This document shows positions 10,056 to 20,600 of a stretch of 64,000 nucleotides of DNA, piece by piece. The notes under the pieces are model-generated. The model saw only the letters and a program-made list of their open reading frames with translations, searched no databases and was not told where the DNA came from. A program made the translations under genes and the position numbers. Numbering within the stretch: position 1 is the stretch's first letter; the number at the start of each line of letters is the position of its first letter. Source of the stretch: Candidatus Latescibacterota bacterium (GTDB lineage Bacteria > Latescibacterota > UBA2968 > GCA-2709665); the NCBI GenBank assembly GCA_965219455.1, contig OZ244744.1, positions 5,248,001 through 5,312,000 of the forward strand. The letters run 5' to 3'.

Positions 10056-12521
10056 ATGAAGATATCGAGCGATTTGCGGTTCGGTGAACCCGTAGAGATG
10101 GATCCGGCAGCCGGGTGCGGCCTCGTCCGCACTGTCGCCGTCGGGGTGTTTGTGGTTTCGCTCGCGGTGTTTATCAAAACGGCGGCGCCGACCGTATCGT
10201 TCTGGGACTCCGGCGAGTTTATCGCGTGCGCGTTTACGTTGGGCATTCCGCACCCACCGGGGGCGCCGCTGTATTTGCTGATCGGACGTCTGTTTACGAT
10301 GTTGCCTGTGGGAGAAGACCCCGCGTTCCCGATGAACCTGATTTCGGCAATAACGAGCGCGTTTGCGGTGCTATTTGTTTTTCTGATTACGGTACGCCTG
10401 ATCCTGCTGGGTTGGGGCGCCGGCGAAAGGAACGTAAAACGCGTTTCCAGTGTGGTTGGGGGGGCAGTGGCTGCCCTGATGCTGGCGTTTTCAGATACCT
10501 TTTGGTACAATGCCGTAGAGACCGAGGTGTACGGGTTTTCAACGATGCTGATGACGCTGTCTCTATGGCTGGGGTTAAGGTGGATGGAACGCGCGGGAGA
10601 CCCGAACAGCCAGCGAATACTGCTTTTTATCGCCTATCTGATGGGACTCGCGGGCGGCGTTCACCTGCTGTGTCTATTGACCGTCCCCACGTTACTGATG
10701 TTGATCTGGTTTCGGAAGCCGGAGATATTGCGGGACCCGCGGATTTGGGCGTACGCGGCGCTCTTGTTTGTTGCTGGGTATTCGACCTACGCCTCACTCT
10801 ACATCCGGTCGGGGTTGAATCCCATGATTGACGAGAACAATCCGGAAAACTGGGCTAATTTTATCAAGTTTCTGGGCCGGGAACAGTACGGTGCGGAAAG
10901 TATGCTGCTGGGTGTATTCGACCGCAAGGCGCCATTCTGGGATTTCCAGATCTGGACGATGTATATCAAATATTTCCTCGCGCAGTTTCCGGTACCGGGG
11001 CTGCGGTTCGTATCAGACGCTTTCCGACAGGCGACATCTCACGACGTACAATTCGTAAGTATTTCAGTCGTTCCCTATCTCCTGGGCTGCTGGGGCATTT
11101 GGGAACACCGGCGACGGGACCGCCGGCGCTTCTGGGCCATTGCCGCGCTTTTTGTGCTTTCGGGCATCGGGCTTTCGATATATCTCAACATGGAAGACCC
11201 GCAGCCGAGAGAACGTGACTACGTGTTCGTGGGCTCCTTCGGGTTGTTCTCCATCTGGATAGGCATCGCGGCGTCGGTGGTAATGCGTGGGGCGTTAGGC
11301 CTTCGTGGCAGGAGTCCGGCGATTGTCGCCGCCTGCCTTCTGCTCGCGATGCCGGCCGGGTTGGCCGCAAGCCTCTACCCGACGCACGACCGGACAGGTA
11401 ACCGGTTTGCGTACGACTATGCCGCGAACATTCTGAATTCCTGCGACCCCGACGCGATCCTGTTTACCAATGCGGATAACGACAGTTTCCCTCTCTGGTT
11501 CCAGCAGGAGGTGATGGGTCTCCGAAAGGACGTGCGCGTGGTAAACCTGAGCCTGCTCAATACCCCCTGGTATATTAAGCAGTTGAGGGATCTGGGGCCG
11601 AAGGTTACCATCCGATATACGGATGATTATATCGATCAGGTATTGACGGTTCATACGCGGACGGCGGTGATGCAGTCCGGACGATTCTGGCCGGAGGCCC
11701 GGGAGGTGCAGGCGGCCGGGCTGAAATGGACAGTACGGGGAATGCCGGGCAAAGTGTTGCGCGTACAGGATGTAATGGTTTTGAAGATTGTGGACTGGAA
11801 CCGGTGGGAAAGACCGGTGTATTTTGCGCTGACGGTCCCGGACGAAAACAGGATGGGGCTGGCAGATTACCTGGAGATGGAGGGTATGGTGTTTTCTCTA
11901 TCGCGGCGGAGGGCCTTACCGATTCGCGTTCAACAAACCAGGAAGCACCTGCTGAACCTCTATCAGTACCGGGGAGTCGCGGACCCCGACGTGCATCGTA
12001 ACCGGACCGCACGGAACCTGCTCGCCAATTATCCGGCGGTGTTCCTGCACCTCGCCGAGGTGTTGACCGAAGATGGTGACCGGGATGGCGCCTACGAGGT
12101 TCTGCGGTTCTGTGAGGAGCGCGCGCTGCCGCCGGAGCATTGGCAGGGTTTTGTGTTGATGGCCGCGTTCATGCATCGATTGGAGCGGCCCCAGGAGACC
12201 CAGCGATTGCTGAATATCGTGCTGGATTCAAACCGGATCGACGAAGAAACGCGTCTTGGTACCGTAGCGGAACTGCAGATGAAAATTGGTCGATACGGTG
12301 CTGCAATAGGGCTTTATAACCGGATGATCGAGAGCAACATTAAGGTCGAACGGGCGCTCTTTAATCGAGCTGCATCCAGGGAACGTATCGGAGATTTCAC
12401 GGGCGCCGCCGCCGACCTGGAGTCCCTCCTGCGGTTGACACCTGGCGACCGCGAGGTCGCGCGGGCATTGGAGACATTGCGGAAGAGGGCCAAACGTCAC
12501 GAGGCTGGCGATGGCCCCTGA
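10056..12521 (+). CDS. DUF2723 / TMEM260-like GT-C membrane glycosyltransferase with C-terminal TPRs
   Basis: PTVSFWDSGEF, LGIPHPPG, AVETEVY, QPRERDY, DNDSFPLW, VNLSLLN motifs; TPR-like tail. Confidence 0.85.
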   Translation: MKISSDLRFGEPVEMDPAAGCGLVRTVAVGVFVVSLAVFIKTAAPTVSFWDSGEFIACAFTLGIPHPPGAPLYLLIGRLFTMLPVGEDPAFPMNLISAITSAFAVLFVFLITVRLILLGWGAGERNVKRVSSVVGGAVAALMLAFSDTFWYNAVETEVYGFSTMLMTLSLWLGLRWMERAGDPNSQRILLFIAYLMGLAGGVHLLCLLTVPTLLMLIWFRKPEILRDPRIWAYAALLFVAGYSTYASLYIRSGLNPMIDENNPENWANFIKFLGREQYGAESMLLGVFDRKAPFWDFQIWTMYIKYFLAQFPVPGLRFVSDAFRQATSHDVQFVSISVVPYLLGCWGIWEHRRRDRRRFWAIAALFVLSGIGLSIYLNMEDPQPRERDYVFVGSFGLFSIWIGIAASVVMRGALGLRGRSPAIVAACLLLAMPAGLAASLYPTHDRTGNRFAYDYAANILNSCDPDAILFTNADNDSFPLWFQQEVMGLRKDVRVVNLSLLNTPWYIKQLRDLGPKVTIRYTDDYIDQVLTVHTRTAVMQSGRFWPEAREVQAAGLKWTVRGMPGKVLRVQDVMVLKIVDWNRWERPVYFALTVPDENRMGLADYLEMEGMVFSLSRRRALPIRVQQTRKHLLNLYQYRGVADPDVHRNRTARNLLANYPAVFLHLAEVLTEDGDRDGAYEVLRFCEERALPPEHWQGFVLMAAFMHRLERPQETQRLLNIVLDSNRIDEETRLGTVAELQMKIGRYGAAIGLYNRMIESNIKVERALFNRAASRERIGDFTGAAADLESLLRLTPGDREVARALETLRKRAKRHEAGDGP

Positions 12522-13566
12522 GCCCCTGGTGTCTGTGATTGTGCCGCATTTTCTGGGGGATGTTCTCCTCACGTGCCTGGAATTCCTGTACACGAGAACA
12601 ACCGGCGTGCCGTTTGAGGTGATCGTCGCCGACGACAGGCCGTATGACGACGGAAGTTTGCAGCGAGCGCAGGCACGGTTTCCAGGCATCCGGGTCGAGA
12701 GCGTGGGTGGCGGGAAGGGTATGGGTGCGGGGTGCAACCGGGGGCTGGAGGTCGCGCGCGGGCAATATGCGATGTTGTTGAATAACGACGTCGAAGTCAC
12801 CGAAGACTGGTTGCCGCCGCTGGTGGCTGCAATGGAAGCCGACCCGCAGGTAGGCGTTTGCCAGCCCAAGGTGAGATCACTTCGTCAACGTGAGAAATTC
12901 GACTACGGAGGCGCGGCGGGCGGGATGATGGACATGCTTGGATACACCTTCTGTCTGGGCCGGTTGTTTGAAACGGTCGAGGAAGATCTAGGGCAGTACG
13001 ATCGTTCGCGGGAGATATTCTGGGCGGTAGGGGGCGCGATGTTTCTGCGGATGCGGTGTCTGCGAGAAACCGGACTCATGGATGAAGGGTTTTATATGCA
13101 TATGGAGGAAATCGACCTGTGCTGGCGTTTCCATCTCGTGGGGTACCGGGTGATTTCCGTTCCGGAGTCTTTGGTCTATCACTATGGAGGCTGGTCCCTG
13201 GATGCAAGGGGTTTCCGGAAGGCGTACCTGAACCATAGAAATCAACTGGTAATGGTGTTGAAGAACCTGTCCGCTCTTTCCCTGGCCTGGGTGTTTCCCG
13301 CGCGGGTCATTATGGAATTGGGCACCGTGCTGCTCGGGATGGTTAAGCGTGACTGGAAGCGGCCCGCGGCGGCGCTTTGCGGCCTGTGCTGGGTGATGTT
13401 TCATCCAGTGACGATACTGCGGCGACGACGAGACGCGCAACGGGTGCGCGTGGTTAAGGACGGGGAGATTGTTCGGAACTTGTATCGAGGTGTGATCGGT
13501 TTCCGATATTTCCTGAGGGGGGTACGTAAGGCGTCTGACCTGTATCGCCGCGGTCGCCGGCGTTGA
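12511..13566 (+). CDS. glycosyltransferase family 2
   Basis: VSVIVP, LLNND, FWAVGGAM, HMEEIDLCWR; overlaps the upstream stop. Confidence 0.9.
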   Translation: MAPEPLVSVIVPHFLGDVLLTCLEFLYTRTTGVPFEVIVADDRPYDDGSLQRAQARFPGIRVESVGGGKGMGAGCNRGLEVARGQYAMLLNNDVEVTEDWLPPLVAAMEADPQVGVCQPKVRSLRQREKFDYGGAAGGMMDMLGYTFCLGRLFETVEEDLGQYDRSREIFWAVGGAMFLRMRCLRETGLMDEGFYMHMEEIDLCWRFHLVGYRVISVPESLVYHYGGWSLDARGFRKAYLNHRNQLVMVLKNLSALSLAWVFPARVIMELGTVLLGMVKRDWKRPAAALCGLCWVMFHPVTILRRRRDAQRVRVVKDGEIVRNLYRGVIGFRYFLRGVRKASDLYRRGRRR

Positions 13567-13646
13567 CGGGATATCGCGGTAACGGAATTCGTCCGGATGG
13601 ATCTCAAAGCGTTCGGGCGACACCAATGAAAAACGGAGGATGTTGA

Positions 13647-14846
13647 GTGAGCGCGTTTCGCAGAGTGATCGGCCTGATGTCGGGTACGTCCGCGGATGGC
13701 GTTGATGCGGCTCTCGTCGACGTCGGGCTCGAGGAAACCAGCGTTCGGCTGGTTGCGTTTACCAATTTGCCGTACCCTCCCGAATTGCGGCGGGAGATCC
13801 TCGAGGTATCGGAAGCCGAACGTGGCAATGTGGATAAGATATGCAGGCTGCATGTCGTTCTTGGGGAGTGGTTTGTCAGGGCCGCTTTCAACGTGTGCTG
13901 CAAGGCCGGCATTGAGATGTCAAAGGTGGATCTCATCGGGTCGCACGGACAGACGGTCCACCACCTGCCGGAAGCATACAGCGCGTTCGGTGTGGTCACG
14001 CGATCCTCATTGCAAATCGCCGATCCGTGCGTGATCGCGGAGCGGACCGGAGTCACCACGGTTGCGGACTTTCGGGCGCGGGACCTGGCGGTCGGCGGAC
14101 AGGGGGCGCCGCTGGTCCCTCTGGTGGATTACCTGCTATTCGGGTCCCGGCGGGAGGGGCGCGTGTTGTTGAATATCGGCGGGATTTCAAACGTTACGGT
14201 GTTGCCCGCCGGGTGCGGGCCGGAAGATGTCATCGCATTTGACACAGGGCCGGGAAACATGCTGCTGGACGCGCTGGCGGTAGTCCTGACAGGAGGACGG
14301 CTTGCGTACGACGTGGCTGGCGCGTTGGCGGCATCCGGCGACGTGTCCGATCCGCTGCTTGAGGAAATGATGCGCCATCCCTTTCTGAAAAGGGTGCCGC
14401 CCAAGTCGACGGGAAGGGAGACGTTTGGTGCGACCCTGGTTCGGGACATCCTGGCCTGGCGTGGCCGCGTACCGGATGAAGACCTGATCGCCACTGCGAC
14501 CGCGTTTACGGCACGAAGCATTGCGGATGCGTTAAAACGGTTTGTCCTGCCCGTCAGCCCTGTCGGGAGAATGGCCGTCAGTGGTGGCGGCGGACGAAAC
14601 CCCGTCCTGATGGATATGCTGCGCGGTGCGCTTCCCGGTGTGGACATCTGTCAGACCGATGCGCTTGGCGTGCCGCTGGATGCAAAAGAGGCGATTGCGT
14701 TTGCGGTGCTGGCCAATGCGACGGTGGAAGGCCGGCCCGGCAATCTGCCCGCCGCGACGGGTGCCTCCAAACCCGTGGTACTTGGTGTGGTTGCACCGGG
14801 TGGAAGATGTGGAATTTCGATTGATTCGGCAGACGGGATTGTGTAA
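13647..14846 (+). CDS. anmK: anhydro-N-acetylmuramic acid kinase
   Basis: GLMSGTSADG, GSHGQT, DFRARD, GGQGAPLVP, NIGGISN, FDTGPGN, PKSTGRE, KEAIAFA. Confidence 0.95.
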   Translation: MSAFRRVIGLMSGTSADGVDAALVDVGLEETSVRLVAFTNLPYPPELRREILEVSEAERGNVDKICRLHVVLGEWFVRAAFNVCCKAGIEMSKVDLIGSHGQTVHHLPEAYSAFGVVTRSSLQIADPCVIAERTGVTTVADFRARDLAVGGQGAPLVPLVDYLLFGSRREGRVLLNIGGISNVTVLPAGCGPEDVIAFDTGPGNMLLDALAVVLTGGRLAYDVAGALAASGDVSDPLLEEMMRHPFLKRVPPKSTGRETFGATLVRDILAWRGRVPDEDLIATATAFTARSIADALKRFVLPVSPVGRMAVSGGGGRNPVLMDMLRGALPGVDICQTDALGVPLDAKEAIAFAVLANATVEGRPGNLPAATGASKPVVLGVVAPGGRCGISIDSADGIV

Positions 14847-14995
14847 GTTTATTTTCCGGCATCGACGCTCCCGGGGGTTAAGGGAGAAGAAACCGGATCA
14901 CAGGTGGCGGATGTGGGGGAGCGCCGTCATTGGTCCTGGCGGCGTGAGGGTCAGCGTTCAAATTCACACGTCGTTACACGACGGGGTCGGATGTT

Positions 14996-15823
14996 ATGGG
15001 CATGCAGAATCTGCTGGTGATGGGTACGGGCGCGGCCTACGTCATCAGCGCTAGTGCGTATGCCGCGCATTTTATACGGAAGCAGGCGCTCGGAGGCTCT
15101 CTTGGTTTTTGGGGCCTCATTGCGGGCTGGGTGCTGCATAGTACGTTGCTGGCCAGAATGGCCCTTGCAACGGGACAGGTTCCATTGACCAGCCAGGTGC
15201 TGCCGTCTTTATGCGCCTGGCTTGTTGTTATTGTCTTTCTGTACCTGGAACTTGGCACCTGTCGCGGTTCGCTGGGCGCGCTGGTTGTTCCCATTGTGGC
15301 GGTGTTGCACCTCGTGGCTGCTTCCAACCTTATGGGTGTCGAAGAGGCGCCAAGAGTGGCACACACGGGTGGCTGGTTCAAGCTCCACGTGGTCGCCTGC
15401 ATTCTGGCCTACGCGGCGTTTGCCATATCCAGTGTCAGCGCAACGATGTACGTGATGCTGTTGGGGGAGATTCAGAAGAAGCATCTGGGCTTTTTCTACG
15501 ATCGCCTGCCGCCGCTGGATACACTCGACCAGACCAATAGCCGAGCGGCATCGTTCGGTTTTGTGTTCTTGACGGCGGGTATCGTGGCGAGTTCCGTTTG
15601 GTTCCACCAGAAGATGTACCGGCTTTGGATCTGGAATGAACCGGCGTTCTGGGTGCTTCTGGTTACGTGGGTTGTCTATGCCGGGCACCTGGCTGCCCGA
15701 AGGATCGCCGGCTGGCAGGGAAAACGGGCGGCATTCATGTCAATTCTGGGGTTTGTTCTCGTGGTGTTCACATTCCCTGTTATGGGTTTGCTATTTCCCG
15801 GAAAACACGTTCTGGCACAGTAG
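14996..15823 (+). CDS. cytochrome c assembly / HemX-CcsA family membrane protein
   Basis: Multiple TM segments, conserved His, LPPLDTLD, GWQGKRAA; first gene of the hem operon. Confidence 0.8.
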   Translation: MGMQNLLVMGTGAAYVISASAYAAHFIRKQALGGSLGFWGLIAGWVLHSTLLARMALATGQVPLTSQVLPSLCAWLVVIVFLYLELGTCRGSLGALVVPIVAVLHLVAASNLMGVEEAPRVAHTGGWFKLHVVACILAYAAFAISSVSATMYVMLLGEIQKKHLGFFYDRLPPLDTLDQTNSRAASFGFVFLTAGIVASSVWFHQKMYRLWIWNEPAFWVLLVTWVVYAGHLAARRIAGWQGKRAAFMSILGFVLVVFTFPVMGLLFPGKHVLAQ

Positions 15824-15843
15824 GTTAATGTGAGTGAGTTCAA

Positions 15844-16485
15844 ATGGCCGGCCAACGGATTGAATATCCAATCTTTCTGGATTTACGGGACAAGAAATGT
15901 GTCGTCGTGGGCGGTGGCTCCGTTGCCGAGCGGAAAGTACGCGGTCTGGTCGCCGCGGGTGCGCTCGTGTCGGTGATCGCGCCGGTGGTATCGGATTCGC
16001 TCGATGGCCTGGCCGCTGCCGGTCGCGTCCGTCTGGAACGTCGCGAATTTCGTGGGAGTGACGTGGAAGGTGCGGCCCTGGTGTTCGCTGCGACGGACCG
16101 GAGGTCGGTGAACGATGAGGTCGTGCTTGCCGCAGGGGAGAACGCGGTTCCGGTCAATCGCTCGGACGGAACGGGCCCGGGGGATTTTACCGTGCCTTCA
16201 ACGCTGCGTCACGGCGGGTTTCAGGTGGCGGTTTCAACCGCCGGGGCCAGCCCTGCTTACGCGCGGATGGTCAGACGGCATCTCGAGGATGTCCTGGGGC
16301 GCGAACATGGAGGCGTGGTGGACTATTTGGCCCGGTTGCGTCCGCGGGTGATGGAACGGTTTCCCGAAAGTCCCGCAAGACGAAAGGCCATATGGGATCG
16401 GCTTGTGAACTGGGAGACCGTTGACCTGGTCCGGCGGGAACGATGGGAAGAACTCGATAAGAAAGTACGGGCATGTCTATCGTAG
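15844..16485 (+). CDS. precorrin-2 dehydrogenase / sirohydrochlorin ferrochelatase (SirC / CysG N-terminal type)
   Basis: YPIFLDL, VVGGGSVAERK, AVSTAGASP. Confidence 0.9.
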   Translation: MAGQRIEYPIFLDLRDKKCVVVGGGSVAERKVRGLVAAGALVSVIAPVVSDSLDGLAAAGRVRLERREFRGSDVEGAALVFAATDRRSVNDEVVLAAGENAVPVNRSDGTGPGDFTVPSTLRHGGFQVAVSTAGASPAYARMVRRHLEDVLGREHGGVVDYLARLRPRVMERFPESPARRKAIWDRLVNWETVDLVRRERWEELDKKVRACLS

Positions 16486-17798
16486 TGGTGGGGTTGAGCC
16501 ACCGAACGGCTTCGGTGGAAGTCCGGGACCGTGTGTCGGTCTCCGAACAGAAGCACGGATCCGTCCTTGAACGATTGCACGCGCTCGAGACCGTGGTCGA
16601 GTGCAGTCTCATTTCAACGTGCAACCGATCCGAGGCCTATCTCGTGTCGGACGATCCCGAGGCCGCCGGCACGGGCGTGATTGAGTTGCTTGGCGAAATC
16701 AGCGGGATCGACGCAGGTACGTTGTGCAATTACACATTCACCCGCAACGACATGGACGCGGTTCGACATCTGCTGTGTGTGGCGTCGGGGCTGGATTCGA
16801 TGATAATGGGCGAGCCTCAGATCGCTGGACAGGTGAAGGATGCGGGTGCCCGCGCCCTCGAAGCGGGTACAAGCGGCGCCATTCTGAACCGGTTGTTTCG
16901 CTCGGCCGTCGAAGCCTCCAAGCGCGCGCGAACGGAAACCGAGATCGCCGATGGCGCTGTCTCCGTAAGTTTTGCCGCCGTGGCGCTGGCAAAGAAGATC
17001 CTGGGCAATTTAGTCGAAAGAACGGCCCTGGTTTTGGGTGCGGGGGAGATGAGCGAGTTGACCGCCCGACATCTTGTGGACAACGGGGTAGGTCGACTGA
17101 TGGTGTCCAGTCGGACGTTCACACGGGCGCGGGACCTGGCGAAACGCGTGAATGGGAAAGCGTTGTCCTGGTCGGACGCGATGGATGGCTTGCACCGTGC
17201 GGACATCGTGATCAGTTCAACCAGCGCGACAGTCCGAATTCTGGAAAAGCCTCAGGTTGCACGCGCGATGCAACTGCGCCGGAACAACGCGATGTTCCTC
17301 ATCGATATTGCAGTGCCGAGAGACATCGACCCGGAAGCCGGAACACTTTACAATGTGTTTTTGTACGATATCGACGATTTGCAGGCGGTCGTCGGGGCTA
17401 ACATGCAGAAAAGGCAACGGGAGGCGGAGAAGGTCCAACACATTGTGGGCGAGGAGGTGAGGGAATTTGCTTCGTGGTTGAATTCTCTGGATGTGGTGCC
17501 GGCCATTGTTGCCATGCGGCAGCGATTTCAGGAACTCCTCGACGAGGAACTGGAACGCGCCAGGTTGTCAGATTTCTCGGAGAGACAACAGGAAAAAGTG
17601 GCCGGCCTCCTGCGGCTCTACATGAATAAGCTGTTACATGCTCCCCAGGTTCGGTTGCGTGAAGCCGCCGATTCAGGAGAGGCGCTGAATTATGTCGACG
17701 CGTTGATGCGCCTGTTCGACCTGGATGCGACCCCACCCGGAGTGGTGAAATCGTCCCCGGAAGAAGCGCCCGTCGAGAGGGTGCGAACCGAATGCTGA
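16473..17798 (+). CDS. hemA: glutamyl-tRNA reductase
   Basis: GLSHRTA, STCNR, SGLDSMIMGEPQI, GAGEM, DIAVPRD. Confidence 0.95.
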   Translation: MSIVVVGLSHRTASVEVRDRVSVSEQKHGSVLERLHALETVVECSLISTCNRSEAYLVSDDPEAAGTGVIELLGEISGIDAGTLCNYTFTRNDMDAVRHLLCVASGLDSMIMGEPQIAGQVKDAGARALEAGTSGAILNRLFRSAVEASKRARTETEIADGAVSVSFAAVALAKKILGNLVERTALVLGAGEMSELTARHLVDNGVGRLMVSSRTFTRARDLAKRVNGKALSWSDAMDGLHRADIVISSTSATVRILEKPQVARAMQLRRNNAMFLIDIAVPRDIDPEAGTLYNVFLYDIDDLQAVVGANMQKRQREAEKVQHIVGEEVREFASWLNSLDVVPAIVAMRQRFQELLDEELERARLSDFSERQQEKVAGLLRLYMNKLLHAPQVRLREAADSGEALNYVDALMRLFDLDATPPGVVKSSPEEAPVERVRTEC

Positions 17799-18712
17799 CT
17801 CGTCTTGTGATCGGCAGCCGCGGAAGCCGCCTCGCCCTCTGTCAGGCGGCCTGGGCCAGAGATACGCTGCTGGGCGCGTATTCCGGTCTCGAAGTTTGTA
17901 TAGAGGTTATCAGAACCAGGGGGGATCATGAGCTGGATGAGCCAGTTGCCAGGATTGGCGGCAAGCGCGTTTTTACAAGAGAAATCGAGGAGGCGCTTCT
18001 CGATGGCAGAATCGACCTGGCGGTGCACTCCTTGAAGGACCTGCCTACCAGACTGCCCGCGGGCTTGCGCCTGGAGGCCGTCGGCCGCCGCGCCGATGTG
18101 CGAGACGCGCTGGTGAGCTGTACCGGTCATAGACTGGAAGGTCTGCCAGAGGGCGCGGTGGTGGGTACGGGCAGCCTGCGACGCCAGGCGCAGTTGCGTC
18201 ACCTCAGACCCGATCTGAAGATCGAAGGGATTCGTGGAAACGTCGATACCCGGCTGCGGAAACTGGACGCAGGGAAACTCGAGGCGGTGGTCTTGGCCGC
18301 GGCGGGTCTCCGCCGGCTCGGACTGGAAGACCGTGTGAGCGAGTTTTTACCCCCAAAGCGGTTTTTGCCGGCGCCCGGGCAGGGCGCACTCGGCATCGAG
18401 ATCAGGCAGGGCGACGACAGGGTAGCGCGGGCCGTGCGCTGTTTGCACGATCGTTCCACGTATCTTGCGGTGAGCGCCGAGCGCGCCATGCTGGATGCGC
18501 TCGAAGGAGGATGTCAGTTCCCCATTGGCGCGTGGGCGCGGTTGCACGAAGGGTATCTCGTCGCAGACGGGATGGTGGCTGTTCCCGACGGCAGCAAGGT
18601 CGTCCGCGCTAGGACGACGGGAGACCCCAACGGATCCGTTGAAGTCGGCGTGAGGCTTTCGGAGTTGCTGATCGAGCGGGGAGCGAAGGCGATTCTGGGC
18701 GAATATCTTTAG
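17792..18712 (+). CDS. hemC: hydroxymethylbilane synthase
   Basis: GSRGSRLAL, AVHSLKD, RGNVDTRLRK, PAPGQGAL, EGGC. Confidence 0.95.
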   Translation: MLTRLVIGSRGSRLALCQAAWARDTLLGAYSGLEVCIEVIRTRGDHELDEPVARIGGKRVFTREIEEALLDGRIDLAVHSLKDLPTRLPAGLRLEAVGRRADVRDALVSCTGHRLEGLPEGAVVGTGSLRRQAQLRHLRPDLKIEGIRGNVDTRLRKLDAGKLEAVVLAAAGLRRLGLEDRVSEFLPPKRFLPAPGQGALGIEIRQGDDRVARAVRCLHDRSTYLAVSAERAMLDALEGGCQFPIGAWARLHEGYLVADGMVAVPDGSKVVRARTTGDPNGSVEVGVRLSELLIERGAKAILGEYL

Positions 18713-18775
18713 GCCGCAAATAAGCTCTCGTATGTGACAACAGGGCGGCCGGTTCCCTGGCTACTTGGGGCAATC

Positions 18776-20299
18776 ATGGCGGAAGGCACGGTTTTTCTTG
18801 TTGGCGCGGGACCGGGAGATCCCGAACTGATAACCGTAAAGGCACTTCGCCGCATCCGGCAGGCAGATGTAATTCTCTACGATAGCCTGGCCAACCGGGC
18901 GTTGCTGGACGAAGCGCCTTCGCATTGTGAACGGATCGACGTGGGGAAACAGCCGGGCGCGCAGGCGCGGCAACAGGAACGGATCGACCGCCTTATGGTC
19001 GCCAGGGCGGAGAAAGGGCTCAAGGTGGTGCGTCTGAAGGGTGGGGATCCGTTCGTATTCGGGCGCGGCGGAGAGGAAATGGCGACGCTGCAACAGGCGG
19101 GCATCGCGTTCGAAGTGATTCCGGGGATTACGAGCGCGATCGCAGCGCCGGCATACGCGGGTATTCCGGTCACCTACCGGTCGATCGCTCCGCACGTGAC
19201 CTTTTTAACGGGTCACCGCGAATCTCTGGAGGCCCTGCCGGAAGTAGACTGGCACGCGCTGGGTCGGCTGGGCGGGACACTGGTGGTGTTGATGGGCGTG
19301 CGAAATCGGGGGGAGGTCGCCCGGAGATTGATCCAGGCCGGCCGTCCGGCCGGTACGCCTGTCGCGGTGGTGCAGGACGGTACGTTGCCATCACAGAGGA
19401 CCGTCCGATGCAACCTTGGCACGCTTGCCGAGGTGGAGGCCGCCAGCCCCGCCGCAATTGTGGTGGGTGAAGTTGCCAGGTCGGACTTTCCGTGGTTTGA
19501 ACGGCTGCCGCTTTTTGGAAAACGTGTCATGGTAACACGGAGCCGGGATCAGGTTGGAGATCTGCGGGGAATGTTGACGGGACTGGGAGCGGAGGTTCTG
19601 GTGGCCCCCGCCATCGAAATCGCGGAGCCGCCGGATTGGGTGCGGGCGGACGCCGCAATTCAGGAGTTGGACCGGTTTGACTGGCTTGTATTTGCAAGCG
19701 GCAACGCTATAGAGCGATTCTTCCGGCGGGTGCGCACGTTGCATGGCGACCTCCGTAGATTGTCGGATGTCCGGATTGCCGTGGTAGGTCAGACATCCGC
19801 GGCGAAGATACGGAGCTACGGCCTGGGCGTGGATTTATGCCCGTGTCAGCACACCGCTGCCGACCTTGCGGAGCAGTTTGCCGGCATTCACATGTCCGGG
19901 CTGCGTGTGCTGATTCCCCGGGCAGAGAAGGGACGGCGGAAAATATCCGACGCTCTGCGTGCGCAGGGGGCACAGGTACGGGAGATTATTGTCTACCGAA
20001 TCGTGAAACCCTCGGGCATTTCAGAGGAGAACATGGTGCGCCTGAAGCGGAGCGAGGTCGACATGGTAATTTTTTCAAGTCCATCTTCTGCAACTAATTG
20101 CGTAGAATTATTCAAGCAATTCGGAATGCCGGACCTGGCACAGGTGCTTCCCGCCGCCTGTATAGGGCCCACAACGGCCGAGACGGCTCGGAATCTGGGG
20201 TTTTCCGTTGTCGCGCAGGCCGCCGGACGGGAAATTGGCATCACCGGCCTCGTCGAATTGATTCGGGATTATTTCAGCGTCAGAGCACCCGGCGCGTAA
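18776..20299 (+). CDS. cobA: uroporphyrinogen-III C-methyltransferase / uroporphyrinogen-III synthase fusion (CobA-HemD)
   Basis: GAGPGDPELIT, RLKGGDPFVFGRGGEE, then PLFGKRVMVTR HemD domain with FSSPS and CIGP. Confidence 0.93.
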   Translation: MAEGTVFLVGAGPGDPELITVKALRRIRQADVILYDSLANRALLDEAPSHCERIDVGKQPGAQARQQERIDRLMVARAEKGLKVVRLKGGDPFVFGRGGEEMATLQQAGIAFEVIPGITSAIAAPAYAGIPVTYRSIAPHVTFLTGHRESLEALPEVDWHALGRLGGTLVVLMGVRNRGEVARRLIQAGRPAGTPVAVVQDGTLPSQRTVRCNLGTLAEVEAASPAAIVVGEVARSDFPWFERLPLFGKRVMVTRSRDQVGDLRGMLTGLGAEVLVAPAIEIAEPPDWVRADAAIQELDRFDWLVFASGNAIERFFRRVRTLHGDLRRLSDVRIAVVGQTSAAKIRSYGLGVDLCPCQHTAADLAEQFAGIHMSGLRVLIPRAEKGRRKISDALRAQGAQVREIIVYRIVKPSGISEENMVRLKRSEVDMVIFSSPSSATNCVELFKQFGMPDLAQVLPAACIGPTTAETARNLGFSVVAQAAGREIGITGLVELIRDYFSVRAPGA

Positions 20300-20518
20300 T
20301 CTCGGTGCCAATCCTGCACGGTAACAACATGGTCCGAAGGGCCCGCCCGACCTTACGTCCCGCGGGAGTTCCGACGCACCGTCGACGTTTTCGAAACAGT
20401 AAATGCCCGCGGACGCCGCGGCATCACCGGCCGCCAGCTCTTTTCCGGCCCGGGGGGAAGTCACTTGCCGTCGGGACCCATATCGTTCTTTTTGCAGTGG
20501 TACCATCGTAATTCCCTG

Positions 20519-20547
20519 TTGACACGGGGAGGTGTAAATCGTAAATT
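20519..20547 (+). promoter_or_regulatory. sigma70 promoter
   Basis: TTGACA-N17-TAAATT, followed by AGGAGG SD before ATG 20601. Confidence 0.65.
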
Positions 20548-20600
20548 TCATATGAGAAAGTCCACAGTTCGATTCGCTTGGGCTCCGAAAGGAGGAGGTT

